Origin: Oscillospiraceae bacterium
Lineage (GTDB): Bacteria > Bacillota > Clostridia > Oscillospirales > Acutalibacteraceae
Assembly (NCBI GenBank): GCA_031288555.1
Contig: JAITRE010000029.1
Location: 3,621-67,620 of the forward strand
Direction: 5' to 3'
DNA: 64,000 bases
A program made the position numbers and the translations under genes. The notes beneath the pieces were generated by a model. It was not told the origin of the DNA. It was given only the letters and a program-made list of their open reading frames with translations, and did no database searches. Below, one piece after another: positions 10,905 to 21,221 of this stretch (positions within the stretch are counted from its first letter, which is position 1; each line of letters opens with the position of its first letter).

Positions 10905-11363
10905 ATGAAGAATTCAATTGTTAATGAAGAATGTATTAAGATGATAAAAAAAAGAAATAACGCTTGCATTCCGACTAGAGCTTCTGAAGGTTCTGCTGGT
11001 TTTGATTTGTACGCAAGCATAGAAACGCAGCTTGTTGTAAAATCTGGCTGTTCAGAATTGTTGCCTTCTGGGGTTGCTTTGGCGATTCCTAAAAATTTTG
11101 TTGGGTTGCTTTTTGCAAGAAGTGGCTTAGGTATTCGTCATTGTATTTCGCTTTCAAATGCTGTTGGAGTTATAGACAGTGATTATAGAGGTGAAATTTT
11201 TGTTTGTCTTAAAAACTTTGGTGCGAAGAATTATGTAGTAAAACCAAACGATAGGATTGCACAGCTTGTTATAATTCCGTTTTGTTCTTTTTCTATCAAA
11301 GAAGTTTCTTTTTTGAATGACACAAAAAGGTCAACCGGAGGTTTTGGGTCAACAGGTAGATGA
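10905..11363 (+). CDS. dut: dUTP diphosphatase
   Basis: SAGFDLYA, GVIDSDYRGEI and C-terminal RSTGGFGSTG motifs. Confidence 0.9.
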   Translation: MKNSIVNEECIKMIKKRNNACIPTRASEGSAGFDLYASIETQLVVKSGCSELLPSGVALAIPKNFVGLLFARSGLGIRHCISLSNAVGVIDSDYRGEIFVCLKNFGAKNYVVKPNDRIAQLVIIPFCSFSIKEVSFLNDTKRSTGGFGSTGR

Positions 11364-11650
11364 AATTTTAAGGGTAACTAACAAAATAACTCGGTTTTTA
11401 TGGAGTTTTAAATTGTTTAAATTGGTTTTAGTTATTAAAATTTTTGTTTAGATTTGCTAATTGTTTCAATATGACTTACAATGAGTATATTCGTAATGTT
11501 TTTGTTGATTTGTTGAGCAACGAAATATGTTTAGCATTTGTTAATATTATTTTTTTATGTTTACGGCAGTAAGTTATTGTTAAGATGTTGTGGGTTTTAT
11601 TTTTTGTGTGAATGTTAATTTTGTGGCACATTTTGGAGGTAGAAAAATAT

Positions 11651-12688
11651 ATGTTCTCAAGGGATATTGGCATTGATCTCGGAACAGCTAATACTTTAGT
11701 ATTTGTTCGACACAAAGGAATTGTAATGAGAGAGCCTTCTGTTGTTGCAGTTGATATAAGAACAGATACGGTGCTAGCTGTAGGGTCGCAAGCTAAAAAC
11801 ATGATAGGTAGAACTCCCGGCTCTATAGTTGCTGTACGTCCACTCAAAGATGGTGTTATAGCTGATTTTGATGTTACAGCTACTATGCTTAAGCATTTTA
11901 TAAGAAAAGCTTCCAAGCCAGTCTTATTCGGAGGGAAGCCGAGGCTTGTGGTTTGTATTCCTTCTGGTGTTACAGAGGTTGAAAGACGTGCTGTGGAGGA
12001 TGCTGCGCGCCAAGCTGGAGCAAAAGATGTTGAACTCATAGAAGAACCTATGGCTGCAGCGATAGGGGCAGGGCTGCCTGTTGCTGAGCCAACTGGCAGT
12101 ATGGTTGTAGACATTGGAGGAGGTACATCTGAAGTTGCTGTTATATCACTAGGAGATATTGTTTCTGCTTGTTCTGTTCGTGTTGCAGGGGATAAATTTG
12201 ATGAGGCCATTATTTTTTATATTAAAAAGAAACATAATTTATTGATAGGCGAAAGAACAGCCGAAAACATAAAAATTGAATTAGGCTCAGCATTTCCTGA
12301 TCCAGAAAAAGAAAAAATTTCTATTGAAATTAAAGGGCGAAACCTTTTAGATGGATTACCAAAGCACATTATTATAACTGACGAAGAAATAAGAGAAGCT
12401 TTGAAAGATCCTCTTTCTGTTATAGTTGATGCCATAAAGAACACACTCGAGAACACTCCTCCTGAACTGTCTGCTGATATTATAGATCACGGTATAGTTT
12501 TAACAGGTGGAGGAGCTTTGCTGCCTAGACTTGACAAATTAGTTTCAGAAGAGACAAATATGCCTGTTAGAGTTGCAGAGACTCCCCTTGATTGTGTTGT
12601 TGATGGAACTGGTAAACAATTAGGTTTAACGATGCCTTCCGAGTATTATAAAGCACAAAGAAGAAAAAAAGTTAGAAGTCGCAATTAA
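11651..12688 (+). CDS. mreB: Rod shape-determining protein MreB
   Basis: [17 protein letters not shown] start at ATG 11651 after GGAGGT, although the ORF opens at 11612. Actin-fold motifs [11 protein letters not shown] and LTGGGALL are present. Confidence 0.93.
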   Translation: MFSRDIGIDLGTANTLVFVRHKGIVMREPSVVAVDIRTDTVLAVGSQAKNMIGRTPGSIVAVRPLKDGVIADFDVTATMLKHFIRKASKPVLFGGKPRLVVCIPSGVTEVERRAVEDAARQAGAKDVELIEEPMAAAIGAGLPVAEPTGSMVVDIGGGTSEVAVISLGDIVSACSVRVAGDKFDEAIIFYIKKKHNLLIGERTAENIKIELGSAFPDPEKEKISIEIKGRNLLDGLPKHIIITDEEIREALKDPLSVIVDAIKNTLENTPPELSADIIDHGIVLTGGGALLPRLDKLVSEETNMPVRVAETPLDCVVDGTGKQLGLTMPSEYYKAQRRKKVRSRN

Positions 12689-13064
12689 AATAATGATTGT
12701 TAGACGGTTTATGAAATATTCTTAGTTTTTAGTTTGTTTTAATATGTTTAGTTTTAAAGTTTTTGAAGTTGATTTTTGCGGTTTGTTGTTTAAAATAGCA
12801 TGCGTTTTGTAAATTTTTAAGATACAATTGTGTTTTTTATGATTGTGTTGTTTTTGTTTCAATGTTTTAAATAGTTTATTTTTAAATTTTTGGTTGTTTG
12901 TTTAGTGTTAACTTGTAATTTTAAAGTTTTGAGAATAAAATATACTTAAAGATCATGTTTGAGTAACTGACTATTAAATTTTGCCAATTTATTAAATTTG
13001 TTTTAAATGAATTAGCTGTGAATTTTTATGTAGTTTCTAGTAGTTTCTAAAAGTTCAAGGGGAT

Positions 13065-13910
13065 GTGAGTTTGTTTATAAGTCGTGCGACTAAAATTATT
13101 ATATCTATTTTGATTTGTGTTGTATGTCTTGGTTTTGTTGGATTTTACACTGAAAATAATTATTTGACTGATTTTGTTAGTTTGTCCCTTTCTCCACTTC
13201 AAAAATTAGGGACTACGTTTTCTGACAACATTAAAAGTGTTATTCCTTCTTCAAAAACGGATGAAGACTATCAAAAAATAATAAAAACTCAACAGGAAGA
13301 GCTTCAAAAAATGCGTTCTATTGTTATTGATTATGAAACTCTTAAACAGCAAAATGAACAATATGAAAAGTATTATGAGTTTAAAAAACAAAATGAAAGC
13401 TTAAAGTTTGTTCTTGCTTCTGTAATTGGTAAGGATCCTGATGAGAATTTTTATGGTTTTTCTATAGACAAAGGTAGTTTATCAGGAATTTGTGTTAACG
13501 ATCCTGTTATAACTCCTAATGGTCTTGTTGGTTGGATTTATTCGGTTAGACCTATGTCTAGTTTAGTTAAGACTATACTTTCTCAAGATTCTAAAGTTAG
13601 CGTATTTTGTAAAGAAAAAAATGAGTCCGGCATTATAATAGGAGACGTAAAACTTGCGGATGAAAATTTAACAGCTATTACATTTCTTAATACGAAATCA
13701 AATTTTTCAGAAGGAGATATGCTGATAACTTCTGGTCTTAGTGGATTATTTCCAAGGGATTTACCTGTTGGCAGAATAAAAAGTGCAATTGAAAGTGATC
13801 AAAAAGATGGTGTACCTTTTTGCAAGGTTGAGCCGTTTGAAGATATTAAAAATATAACTGATGTTTCTGTTGTAAATGATTTTGAAAATAAAGGAAAAAT
13901 AAAAAAATAA
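13065..13910 (+). CDS. mreC: Rod shape-determining protein MreC
   Basis: GTG start after AAGGGGA. N-terminal TM helix, coiled coil, then a GLVGWIYSV / ITSGLSGLFPRDLPVG beta-barrel region. Confidence 0.8.
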   Translation: MSLFISRATKIIISILICVVCLGFVGFYTENNYLTDFVSLSLSPLQKLGTTFSDNIKSVIPSSKTDEDYQKIIKTQQEELQKMRSIVIDYETLKQQNEQYEKYYEFKKQNESLKFVLASVIGKDPDENFYGFSIDKGSLSGICVNDPVITPNGLVGWIYSVRPMSSLVKTILSQDSKVSVFCKEKNESGIIIGDVKLADENLTAITFLNTKSNFSEGDMLITSGLSGLFPRDLPVGRIKSAIESDQKDGVPFCKVEPFEDIKNITDVSVVNDFENKGKIKK

Positions 13911-14024
13911 ATTGTTGCGTTGTAACGGAAAGTTGTAACCAGAAATAGGTGTTTTTTGTAGAACATTATTTTACAAAAAAATTTAAATTTTTAGAGTCAA
14001 GTGTTTTTTAAACGAGAGGTTTTT

Positions 14025-14597
14025 ATGGATGTTATGCTAGAAATTTCCGCGAGGCACATTCATTTATCGCGCGAAGATTTTTTTAATTTATTTAGCAAAA
14101 CAGAGAAATTTGAAGCAAAAAAATTTTTATCACAAAAAGGGCAATTTTTAAGTTTTTTAAAAGCTGATGTAATTGGTTTGAAATCAATTTTAAAAGGTGT
14201 TTCTATTTTAGGGCCTTTTCGCAAAAATACTCAAATTGAAGTTTCATTGACGGATTCTAAAAAACTCGGAATTGATATTCCAATAAAGGAATCAGGGGAT
14301 TTAATAGATACGCCAGGATGTATTTTAAAGACTGAGTTTGGTGAAATTAAAATTAATAAAGGATTAATAGTTGCTAAAAGACACGTCCATCTTTCTTGCG
14401 AAAGCGCTAAAAAGTTTAATTTAAAGAACGGAAAAAATGTTTCTGTTAAAGTAGATTCAGGCGAAAGATCGCTAATATTTTTTAAAACAATTGTTAGAAT
14501 TTCCGAAAATTTTACAGATGCAGTTCACATAGACACAGACGAAGCTAATGCAGCTGGAATCAAACAAGATAAAAATTATTGTGAGCTTATTATTTAA
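14025..14597 (+). CDS. pduL: Phosphate propanoyl/acetyl-transferase PduL-type
   Basis: Duplicated ISARHIHLS / AKRHVHLS motifs characteristic of PduL. ATG 14025 follows GAGAGG. Confidence 0.8.
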   Translation: MDVMLEISARHIHLSREDFFNLFSKTEKFEAKKFLSQKGQFLSFLKADVIGLKSILKGVSILGPFRKNTQIEVSLTDSKKLGIDIPIKESGDLIDTPGCILKTEFGEIKINKGLIVAKRHVHLSCESAKKFNLKNGKNVSVKVDSGERSLIFFKTIVRISENFTDAVHIDTDEANAAGIKQDKNYCELII

Positions 14598-14600
14598 TAA

Positions 14601-15203
14601 TTGTTGTTTTACAAGAAAGATGGTGATTTTAATTTGTATGAACTTTGGGAAGAATTAGAGAAAAATTGTTCTAAATGCGTTAAATGTGAATTATTTGAAA
14701 CTCGCAGCAATGTTGTTTTCGGCGTAGGCAATAAAAAGGCTGAAGTTATGTTTGTTGGCGAAGGGCCTGGTGAAAATGAAGACCTTAGAGGGGAGCCTTT
14801 TGTTGGAAAAGCCGGTAGATTGTTGGACGAAATGTTAGCAGAAATTAATTTTTATAGGGATAAAAATATTTACATAGCGAATATTGTAAAATGCAGACCT
14901 CCAAAAAATAGAGACCCGTCGTCAGAGGAGCAATTAGCTTGTATAGATTGGCTTAGAAATCAAACATTGCTTATAAAACCTAAAATTTTAGTTTGTTTAG
15001 GAAGAATTGCTGCTCAAAGAATTATTAAAGATGATTTAAAAATTACAAAAGAACATGGGTTGTTTTATAAAAAAGGAGATATATTTTTTATGCCAACCTT
15101 TCATCCCGCTGCTATTTTAAGAGATCCTTCTAGAAAAAAAGACACTTTGAAGGATTTTTTAAATCTAAAAAAGAAATTAAAAGAACTTACAGTTATTAAT
15201 TAA
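14601..15203 (+). CDS. Uracil-DNA glycosylase, family 4 (Fe-S)
   Basis: CSKCVKCEL cysteines, GEGPGENED motif A and FHPAAILR motif B. The start codon is uncertain (TTG). Confidence 0.85.
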   Translation: MLFYKKDGDFNLYELWEELEKNCSKCVKCELFETRSNVVFGVGNKKAEVMFVGEGPGENEDLRGEPFVGKAGRLLDEMLAEINFYRDKNIYIANIVKCRPPKNRDPSSEEQLACIDWLRNQTLLIKPKILVCLGRIAAQRIIKDDLKITKEHGLFYKKGDIFFMPTFHPAAILRDPSRKKDTLKDFLNLKKKLKELTVIN

Positions 15204-15363
15204 ATTTAATAAGCAATATTTTAATTTTTTTTGATATATTTTTATAAAATTATTTGTTTTAAAATCTTAAAAAATAAACTACAATAAGAAATTACTGTTG
15301 TAGTATGAGTTTTTTAAATTTTTTGCTACCGTATATTTTAAATAAAATTAAATTTTTACTTAT

Positions 15364-16260
15364 TTAAATAATTTTCTTTTTTATATATTCTTCAAAGGCG
15401 TTTTTTAATTTTTTTTTGTGAGAAACATTTAAATCGCAAAGAGGTAATCTACATTTTCCGCACGGTATGTCTAAAAAATTCATAGCAGTTTTTATCGGTA
15501 TTGGATTTACGTCTAAAAAAAGTGAATTTATAACTTTTAAGGAAGAAAAAAATAAGTTTAAACTTTTTTGACAGTAACCTTTAGAATAATATTCTACGAT
15601 TTTGTGAGATTGCAAAGGAAAAGCATTAGCAAAGACAGATATTATACCAGCCGCACCTAATGAAAGAGTAGGAATAATTTGATCGTCATTTCCGCAATAA
15701 ATGTCTAAATTATTTTGACATAAAGAAATTGTTTTAGCAAGTTTGCTTAAATCGCCAGATGCTTCTTTTGTAGCCACGATCCTTTCGTGTTTTGATAAAA
15801 TTTTATAAGTCTCAGGTTCTATGTTACAACCAGTTCTTGAAGGTACATTATATAAAATTATTGGTATTTTAACATTATTTGCTATGTAATTATAATGTTC
15901 TATTAATCCATTTTGAGAGGTTTTGTTGTAGTAAGGCGTTACAATAAGTAAAGCGTCTGCTCCAAGGTTTTGGGCTTTCAGTGACAGAAATAAAGCATTT
16001 TCTGTGTTATTACTGCCGGTTCCCACTATTAAAGGAACTCTTTTATTTATTTTTCTTACACTATATTTTATTATTTGTATTTTTTCGTCATTTGTTAAAG
16101 TTGCAGATTCTCCTGTTGTTCCGCACAAAACTATTGCATCAATATTATTTCTGATTTGAAATTCTATTATTCTTCCTAAAGTTTTAAAATCTATGTCTAA
16201 GTCTGATTTCATAGGAGTTACCAAAGCTACAGCGGAGCCTTTAAAGATTGTGTTTTTCAT
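15364..16260 (-). CDS. dapA: 4-hydroxy-tetrahydrodipicolinate synthase
   Basis: GSAVALVTPM, CGTTGESATL, YNVPSRTG and the KEASGD active-site Lys region. Confidence 0.92.
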   Translation of the reverse strand: MKNTIFKGSAVALVTPMKSDLDIDFKTLGRIIEFQIRNNIDAIVLCGTTGESATLTNDEKIQIIKYSVRKINKRVPLIVGTGSNNTENALFLSLKAQNLGADALLIVTPYYNKTSQNGLIEHYNYIANNVKIPIILYNVPSRTGCNIEPETYKILSKHERIVATKEASGDLSKLAKTISLCQNNLDIYCGNDDQIIPTLSLGAAGIISVFANAFPLQSHKIVEYYSKGYCQKSLNLFFSSLKVINSLFLDVNPIPIKTAMNFLDIPCGKCRLPLCDLNVSHKKKLKNAFEEYIKKKII

Positions 16261-16384
16261 AAAAATCTCCTTATCTATAAAGTTTTTGAAACTTTATTTA
16301 AGTTTATGTTTTATATATTTGATTTTTGCAGAGTATAATAATTTTTATAAAAATAACAAACATTTAAATACTTAAAATCGTTTT

Positions 16385-17767
16385 TTAAGTTTCTTTTGTA
16401 ACTTCTTTTAATAGTTTAGCGGCGATTGGCACAGCTTCTTCAAAACCAGATCCTGCATTTTCGACTAAAACAATGAAAGCTACAGGATGTTTCTCGTTTT
16501 GTAAAAATCCTGTTACCCACGCATGAGGCTTTTTTTCTCCTCCTACTTCAGCTGTACCAGTTTTTAAACATGTGTTAAAATTATGAAATTTATAAAAAAT
16601 AGAACTCTTCGCAGTGTAAGACATCATCTCTTTAACCTTATTCGCTACATCTTTCGTCGTATATCTTATACAATTTTCTTCAGAATTCTTTGATTTCCTA
16701 TGGTTTAAAAAATTATTTTTATTTTCTTTTATTATTTTTGGCATTACAGCAACGCCTTCGTTTGCTATAGCCCCAACTATAGTTAACATATGAAGGGGGT
16801 TTACTAAATTTTTATATTGTCCTATCCCAGACCATGCGACAGAAGCTTTGTTTGCATCAGATAAATTAAAATAACTTTCTTTTGTTTCGCCAATATCTGT
16901 CTTTATAGGCTTGTTAAAACAAAGTTTCTCAGCTGTGCGAATCATATTATTTTTTCCAAGAGTCATTGCAAAATTGCCTAAAACTATATTGCACGATTCT
17001 TTTAATCCTTCTTTAAGACCTATTTTTCCGTGATATCCTGCACAAGTTATTTTTTCATTTTCTACTATTTCCTTTCCCTTGCATTCAAATGTTTTTTCTA
17101 AAGCTTCTTTTGGTATATTTTCAAATGTACAAATGGCTGTTACTAATTTAAAAATAGAGCCTGGAACAAAATTTGCAGATAATATCTTATTTAAAAAAAC
17201 AGCGTCGTAATCTTTATTTTTATTGCTACTTATATCGTTTGGCAAATTTTTTATATCAAGCGTTGGCGTGCTAACCATGCATAAAACTTCTCCCGTTTTG
17301 TAATTATACAAAGCCACGGCGCCCTTGTGATCTTTAAGTTCCGAAAGAGCAAGTTTACAAAGCTTGCTATCTACATTTAAGTAAACATCAGATTTTTTTC
17401 TTAAAAAACTAGGAAGATCAATCCCGGATAAAAAATTATATCCAAAAAGTTTATCTCGAAATTTGTTTTGTATAGATGTAGAAATATTAAAAGATTCATC
17501 TCCTACTAAATGAAAAACAGCTTTTCTTATTTGAGAATCTTCATTATAAATTCGTTTTCCGTCAATACTTTCAGCAAGAACTGTTGAATTAGTATCGTAA
17601 ATTCTACCCGCGTCTGCAAAGGAATTCAGCGAAAGATGTAAATTATAAGGTTTAAAAGCCCATTTTTCTGCATTTGTAGAAAATTTGGTTATTAAAAATA
17701 TCATACCGCTAAAAAAAGACAAGACTAAAAGTAAAAGAATTATTGATCTTTTTCGAGAGTTCTTCAA
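16385..17767 (-). CDS. Class B penicillin-binding protein (PbpA-like transpeptidase)
   Basis: N-terminal TM helix with SIFK (SxxK), SCN (SxN) and KTGTAE (KTG) motifs. It lies immediately downstream of the FHA-SEDS gene. Confidence 0.8.
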   Translation of the reverse strand: MKNSRKRSIILLLLVLSFFSGMIFLITKFSTNAEKWAFKPYNLHLSLNSFADAGRIYDTNSTVLAESIDGKRIYNEDSQIRKAVFHLVGDESFNISTSIQNKFRDKLFGYNFLSGIDLPSFLRKKSDVYLNVDSKLCKLALSELKDHKGAVALYNYKTGEVLCMVSTPTLDIKNLPNDISSNKNKDYDAVFLNKILSANFVPGSIFKLVTAICTFENIPKEALEKTFECKGKEIVENEKITCAGYHGKIGLKEGLKESCNIVLGNFAMTLGKNNMIRTAEKLCFNKPIKTDIGETKESYFNLSDANKASVAWSGIGQYKNLVNPLHMLTIVGAIANEGVAVMPKIIKENKNNFLNHRKSKNSEENCIRYTTKDVANKVKEMMSYTAKSSIFYKFHNFNTCLKTGTAEVGGEKKPHAWVTGFLQNEKHPVAFIVLVENAGSGFEEAVPIAAKLLKEVTKET

Positions 17768-17900
17768 TGCTCTTCTCCTTTTGTTTTAAATTACTTTTTT
17801 GCAAAATACAACTTAAAAATTTAATAATCTGCAATAATTCTACACTGCATTTAAAAAGCAGAGAACTATATTTTAAAGAGTAAATTTATTAGATTCACAA

Positions 17901-19625
17901 TTATTTTAACGAATACGTACGATCGTCAGAAGCTTTTATGAAGGCGAGTAAGCCCCAAACTGAAACTAAACTTGAGCCTCCTAAACTTAAGAATGGCAAA
18001 GTAACTCCTGTTAGTGGTAAAACATCTGTTGAACCGAATACATGAAGACAAGATTGAAAAACAAGAATTCCGCCAGCTGTGCAAGAAGCTATTGAATAAA
18101 AAGTAGATCTGCATCTTTCACTATAACTTCTTGAAAAAAGTGCAATGAGCGCAATTGAAAAAGTGACGGAAATTCCTACAATTAAACCTAATTCTTCAGA
18201 AATAGTTGAAAACATAAGGTCGCTAGTTCCAGCAAATATATATCTTAATTTTCCATTTCCGGAGCCAACTCCAATTAAGCCCCCACTTGCTAAATAAGTA
18301 AGAGCACGACTTTGTTGATATCCTACTCCTTGCGAGTTCTCAAAAACATGTTGCCACACAGAAAATCTTTCTGCTATATAAGGTTTGAATTTTAATATTA
18401 AAAACATTCCAATAAGTGCTGCAGAACACGAAAGAATAATTGTACGAATACTTCCAGATCTCATAAACGAACATATTAAAAAAGCTACAAAAAACACGCA
18501 AGCTGTTCCAAAATCTTTCATAAAAAATAAACAACATATACAAAAAGCTGAAAAAAGAATAAATCCACTTAAATTTTTAGTTGTTTGAAGTTTGTCAAGT
18601 GTTGAAGCTCCTGAAAAAACAAAAGCAACTTTTATAAATTCAGAGGGTTGTATCGATATTGGTCCTATAAAAATCCAATTTTTAGAGCCGTTGTGCTCTT
18701 TTGCTATAAGTAAATTTAAAATAAAAAAAAGTGTAGCAAAAATTGTTATTAATAATCTTAATTTTGATATTTTTTCTAAATTTTTAATAATTTTTATTAA
18801 TGAACAAAATAAAACTATCCCAATTATTAGACTAACAATTTGAATTTGTATTACTTCAACTTTGTTTTGAGAAGCTAAAATCAAAATTCCTGTGCCCGAT
18901 AAAAATATGCCAATAGCCTCTAGCTCAAAATTTTTTCTTTTAAAAACAATTTTTGTTATAAAAAAGAAAACCCAAGATATCATCAAAATTATTAAAAATG
19001 GTACCAAACAGTTGAACATTTTATCTAAATCAAAAATATCTTTAAATTCGAAATTACTTTTTTCTTTTTTTACTTCTCTAATATGAGTAAAATATGTTTC
19101 AAGCGAAATTAGAAAATGAAAAAAGTTTATTATTAAAAGAAGTAAAAATTGATTAATATGTCGTTTATTAGATGTTATTTCCGATGAAGATAATATGTCA
19201 AATCCGTCATCAAAGTTAAGTGAATCTTTTTTTTTAACAATTAAAGAATTCGATCCTAAAGTCAAAATATCATCTATGTATATTTGTGTTGGTTTTTTAA
19301 TTTTTTCTTCATTAACATAAACGCCAGATTTAGAATTTGTGTCAGAAATTATCCATCCTTTTTCACGCCTAAACAACACAGCGTGATCTCTAGAAACTGT
19401 AGGATCATTAAGGACTATATCAGAACTTCTACTTCTTCCTATAGAATTTTCCCAAAACATTACAGGAATCTGTTTTTTTGCTGTTTTATTTTTTAAAGAG
19501 ATTAGAGGAGTTTTGATTCTTTGGTTGTTTTTTAATGATTTAAAAGTTGTATACACAATAATAATACTGAAAAAAGGTAGAAGTAGTCGTACAAAAAACA
19601 TTAATGTTTCTACCACATAATACAA
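17901..19625 (-). CDS. FHA domain fused to a SEDS (FtsW/RodA/SpoVE family) peptidoglycan polymerase
   Basis: The N-terminal third has FHA signatures (IGRSRSSDIVL...VSRDHAVL...SKSGVYVNEEKI). The C-terminal ~380 aa is a multi-TM SEDS domain (...GYQQSRAL...LPLTGVTLPFLSLGGSS). Confidence 0.8.
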   Translation of the reverse strand: MYYVVETLMFFVRLLLPFFSIIIVYTTFKSLKNNQRIKTPLISLKNKTAKKQIPVMFWENSIGRSRSSDIVLNDPTVSRDHAVLFRREKGWIISDTNSKSGVYVNEEKIKKPTQIYIDDILTLGSNSLIVKKKDSLNFDDGFDILSSSEITSNKRHINQFLLLLIINFFHFLISLETYFTHIREVKKEKSNFEFKDIFDLDKMFNCLVPFLIILMISWVFFFITKIVFKRKNFELEAIGIFLSGTGILILASQNKVEVIQIQIVSLIIGIVLFCSLIKIIKNLEKISKLRLLITIFATLFFILNLLIAKEHNGSKNWIFIGPISIQPSEFIKVAFVFSGASTLDKLQTTKNLSGFILFSAFCICCLFFMKDFGTACVFFVAFLICSFMRSGSIRTIILSCSAALIGMFLILKFKPYIAERFSVWQHVFENSQGVGYQQSRALTYLASGGLIGVGSGNGKLRYIFAGTSDLMFSTISEELGLIVGISVTFSIALIALFSRSYSERCRSTFYSIASCTAGGILVFQSCLHVFGSTDVLPLTGVTLPFLSLGGSSLVSVWGLLAFIKASDDRTYSLK

Positions 19626-19643
19626 AAAACAACCTCCTTTTTA

Positions 19644-20213
19644 TTATTGTTTTAAAAATAAGTCCTTCAGTAATTTGAATTCTTCTTCATCACAATCGTT
19701 TTTTTTTCTAATAGCTAAAGTTTTAGTTTTGTTTCCTAAAGTTTTAACTCCTCTTATAGACATGCAAAGATGTTCGGCATTTATTAGAGTCAACACACTT
19801 TTAGCAGGAATATTTTTAAAAATAAAATCTGCAATTTGATTAGTAAGCCTTTCTTGAACTTGTAAGCGGCTTGCAAAATAATTACAAATGCGTACAAATT
19901 TTGAAAAACCTAATATTCTACCGTTTAATGGCATATAAGCAATTTTCACTTCACCTAAAAACGGTAACAAATGATGTTCACATATTGATCTAAAAGGAAT
20001 TTTTTCCAACACAATAAAACTCTTTTCAGAAACTTCTTTCTCGTTAAAAATATCAAAAGAAGGCAAATTTTCCTTATTATTTCCACAGAAAACCTCACAA
20101 CACATATTGTAAATACGTTCTGGAGTTTTTTTCAAGCCTTCTCTTTCTGGATTTTCTCCAATAATCCTCAAAAAATCAGTGACAATTTTTTTAATTTTTT
20201 CTTTTTCTATCAT
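19644..20213 (-). CDS. folE: GTP cyclohydrolase I
   Basis: REGLKKTPERI, CEHHLLPF and LQVQERLT motifs. Confidence 0.92.
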   Translation of the reverse strand: MIEKEKIKKIVTDFLRIIGENPEREGLKKTPERIYNMCCEVFCGNNKENLPSFDIFNEKEVSEKSFIVLEKIPFRSICEHHLLPFLGEVKIAYMPLNGRILGFSKFVRICNYFASRLQVQERLTNQIADFIFKNIPAKSVLTLINAEHLCMSIRGVKTLGNKTKTLAIRKKNDCDEEEFKLLKDLFLKQ

Positions 20214-20466
20214 AATAAAAGCAATTAATTAAAAATGCTGTTGTCCATAAAACGAAAGTATAATATTAATTTATATTAACAAATAAAAATCTGACTAATT
20301 TTATTTTAAATCAACAGAACAACTGCACTAAATCAACTAATTTCCTCCTTTTTATCATTAAAGTAAGTTTGATATCATATTATTAAGCAATGCAAGCAAT
20401 CAAAAATTAATTTAAACAAATAATTATAAATTCAACTTATTTTCAATATTTGTAAAAGGAGATTTT

Positions 20467-20784
20467 ATGGAAATTTTAGATTTTATACCACAAAACACAT
20501 ACATAGTCTGCGTAGTTTTATTTATTGTTGGGATGATATTAAAACAAACTCCATTTATTAAAAATTGGGTGATACCTTATATTCTAAGTATTGTAGGAAT
20601 TTTGATTTGCAATTTTGTATTGGAGCCAGGCGTTTATGCCACGATGCAAGGAATATTGACAACAGGATTCACAGTCTACATTCATCAATTAAGTAAACAG
20701 GGAAGTCAAATATTTACCAGTAAAGAAAAAGATTCAACAAAAAGTTCTTTTAATAGTAAATTTAAAACGACAGTTTCAAAATAA
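20467..20784 (+). CDS. Phage-holin-family-like small membrane protein (orphan)
   Basis: 105 aa with 2-3 TM helices and a polar Lys/Ser tail. ILKQTPFIKNWVIPYILSIVGI...YIHQLSKQ resembles Firmicute phage holin families from memory. AAAGGAG RBS is present. Confidence 0.45.
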   Translation: MEILDFIPQNTYIVCVVLFIVGMILKQTPFIKNWVIPYILSIVGILICNFVLEPGVYATMQGILTTGFTVYIHQLSKQGSQIFTSKEKDSTKSSFNSKFKTTVSK

Positions 20785-21145
20785 AACATTTTTAAAAATG
20801 TACCCTAAGTTTTTAAAGTTAATTTAAAAATCTAAAAACAATTTGAATTTCTTATTCTATTTTAAGCAAACAAGCTACGGCTAAAAATCATCAATGAGTC
20901 TACTTTTCATAGTTTTTAGCTTATCAGTTTTTTTAAAAAAATTCAATAATAAAATTTGGATTTTATTAAACTAAACTGTAATTAGATTTTTACTTTTAAA
21001 AGCTTCATTTTATAAAACAATAATAAAGATGTTTATTTGATATTTGTATGTAATTTCTTTTAAAAATTGTTTTTAAAATTTTTTTGTATTTATTTATTGT
21101 CATAAAACATTAATATAAATCTTAATATTAAAGCACTAAAAAATC

Positions 21146-21173
21146 TTCTGCAAACCTTCACTTAAGCTGCAGA
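21146..21173 (-). terminator. Terminator of the rplU-prp-rpmA operon (hairpin flanked by A and T runs, potentially bidirectional)
   Basis: TTCTGCA ... TGCAGAA 7-bp stem. A T-run follows on the minus strand, about 50 nt after the rpmA stop. Confidence 0.5.
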
Positions 21174-21221
21174 AAATTTTTCTATAAGATGTGGCAAAAA
21201 TTAAAGCGAGTTTTAAACTAT

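Noticed and set aside
11476-12210. 244-aa minus-strand ORF rich in A/S/T/P
   Set aside because: It is antisense to mreB. The composition is what the reverse frame of a relatively G+C-richer conserved gene produces.
17926-19496. Multiple 60-85 aa ORFs on both strands inside 17901-19625
   Set aside because: They are nested within or antisense to the FHA-SEDS gene, which has clear domain signatures.
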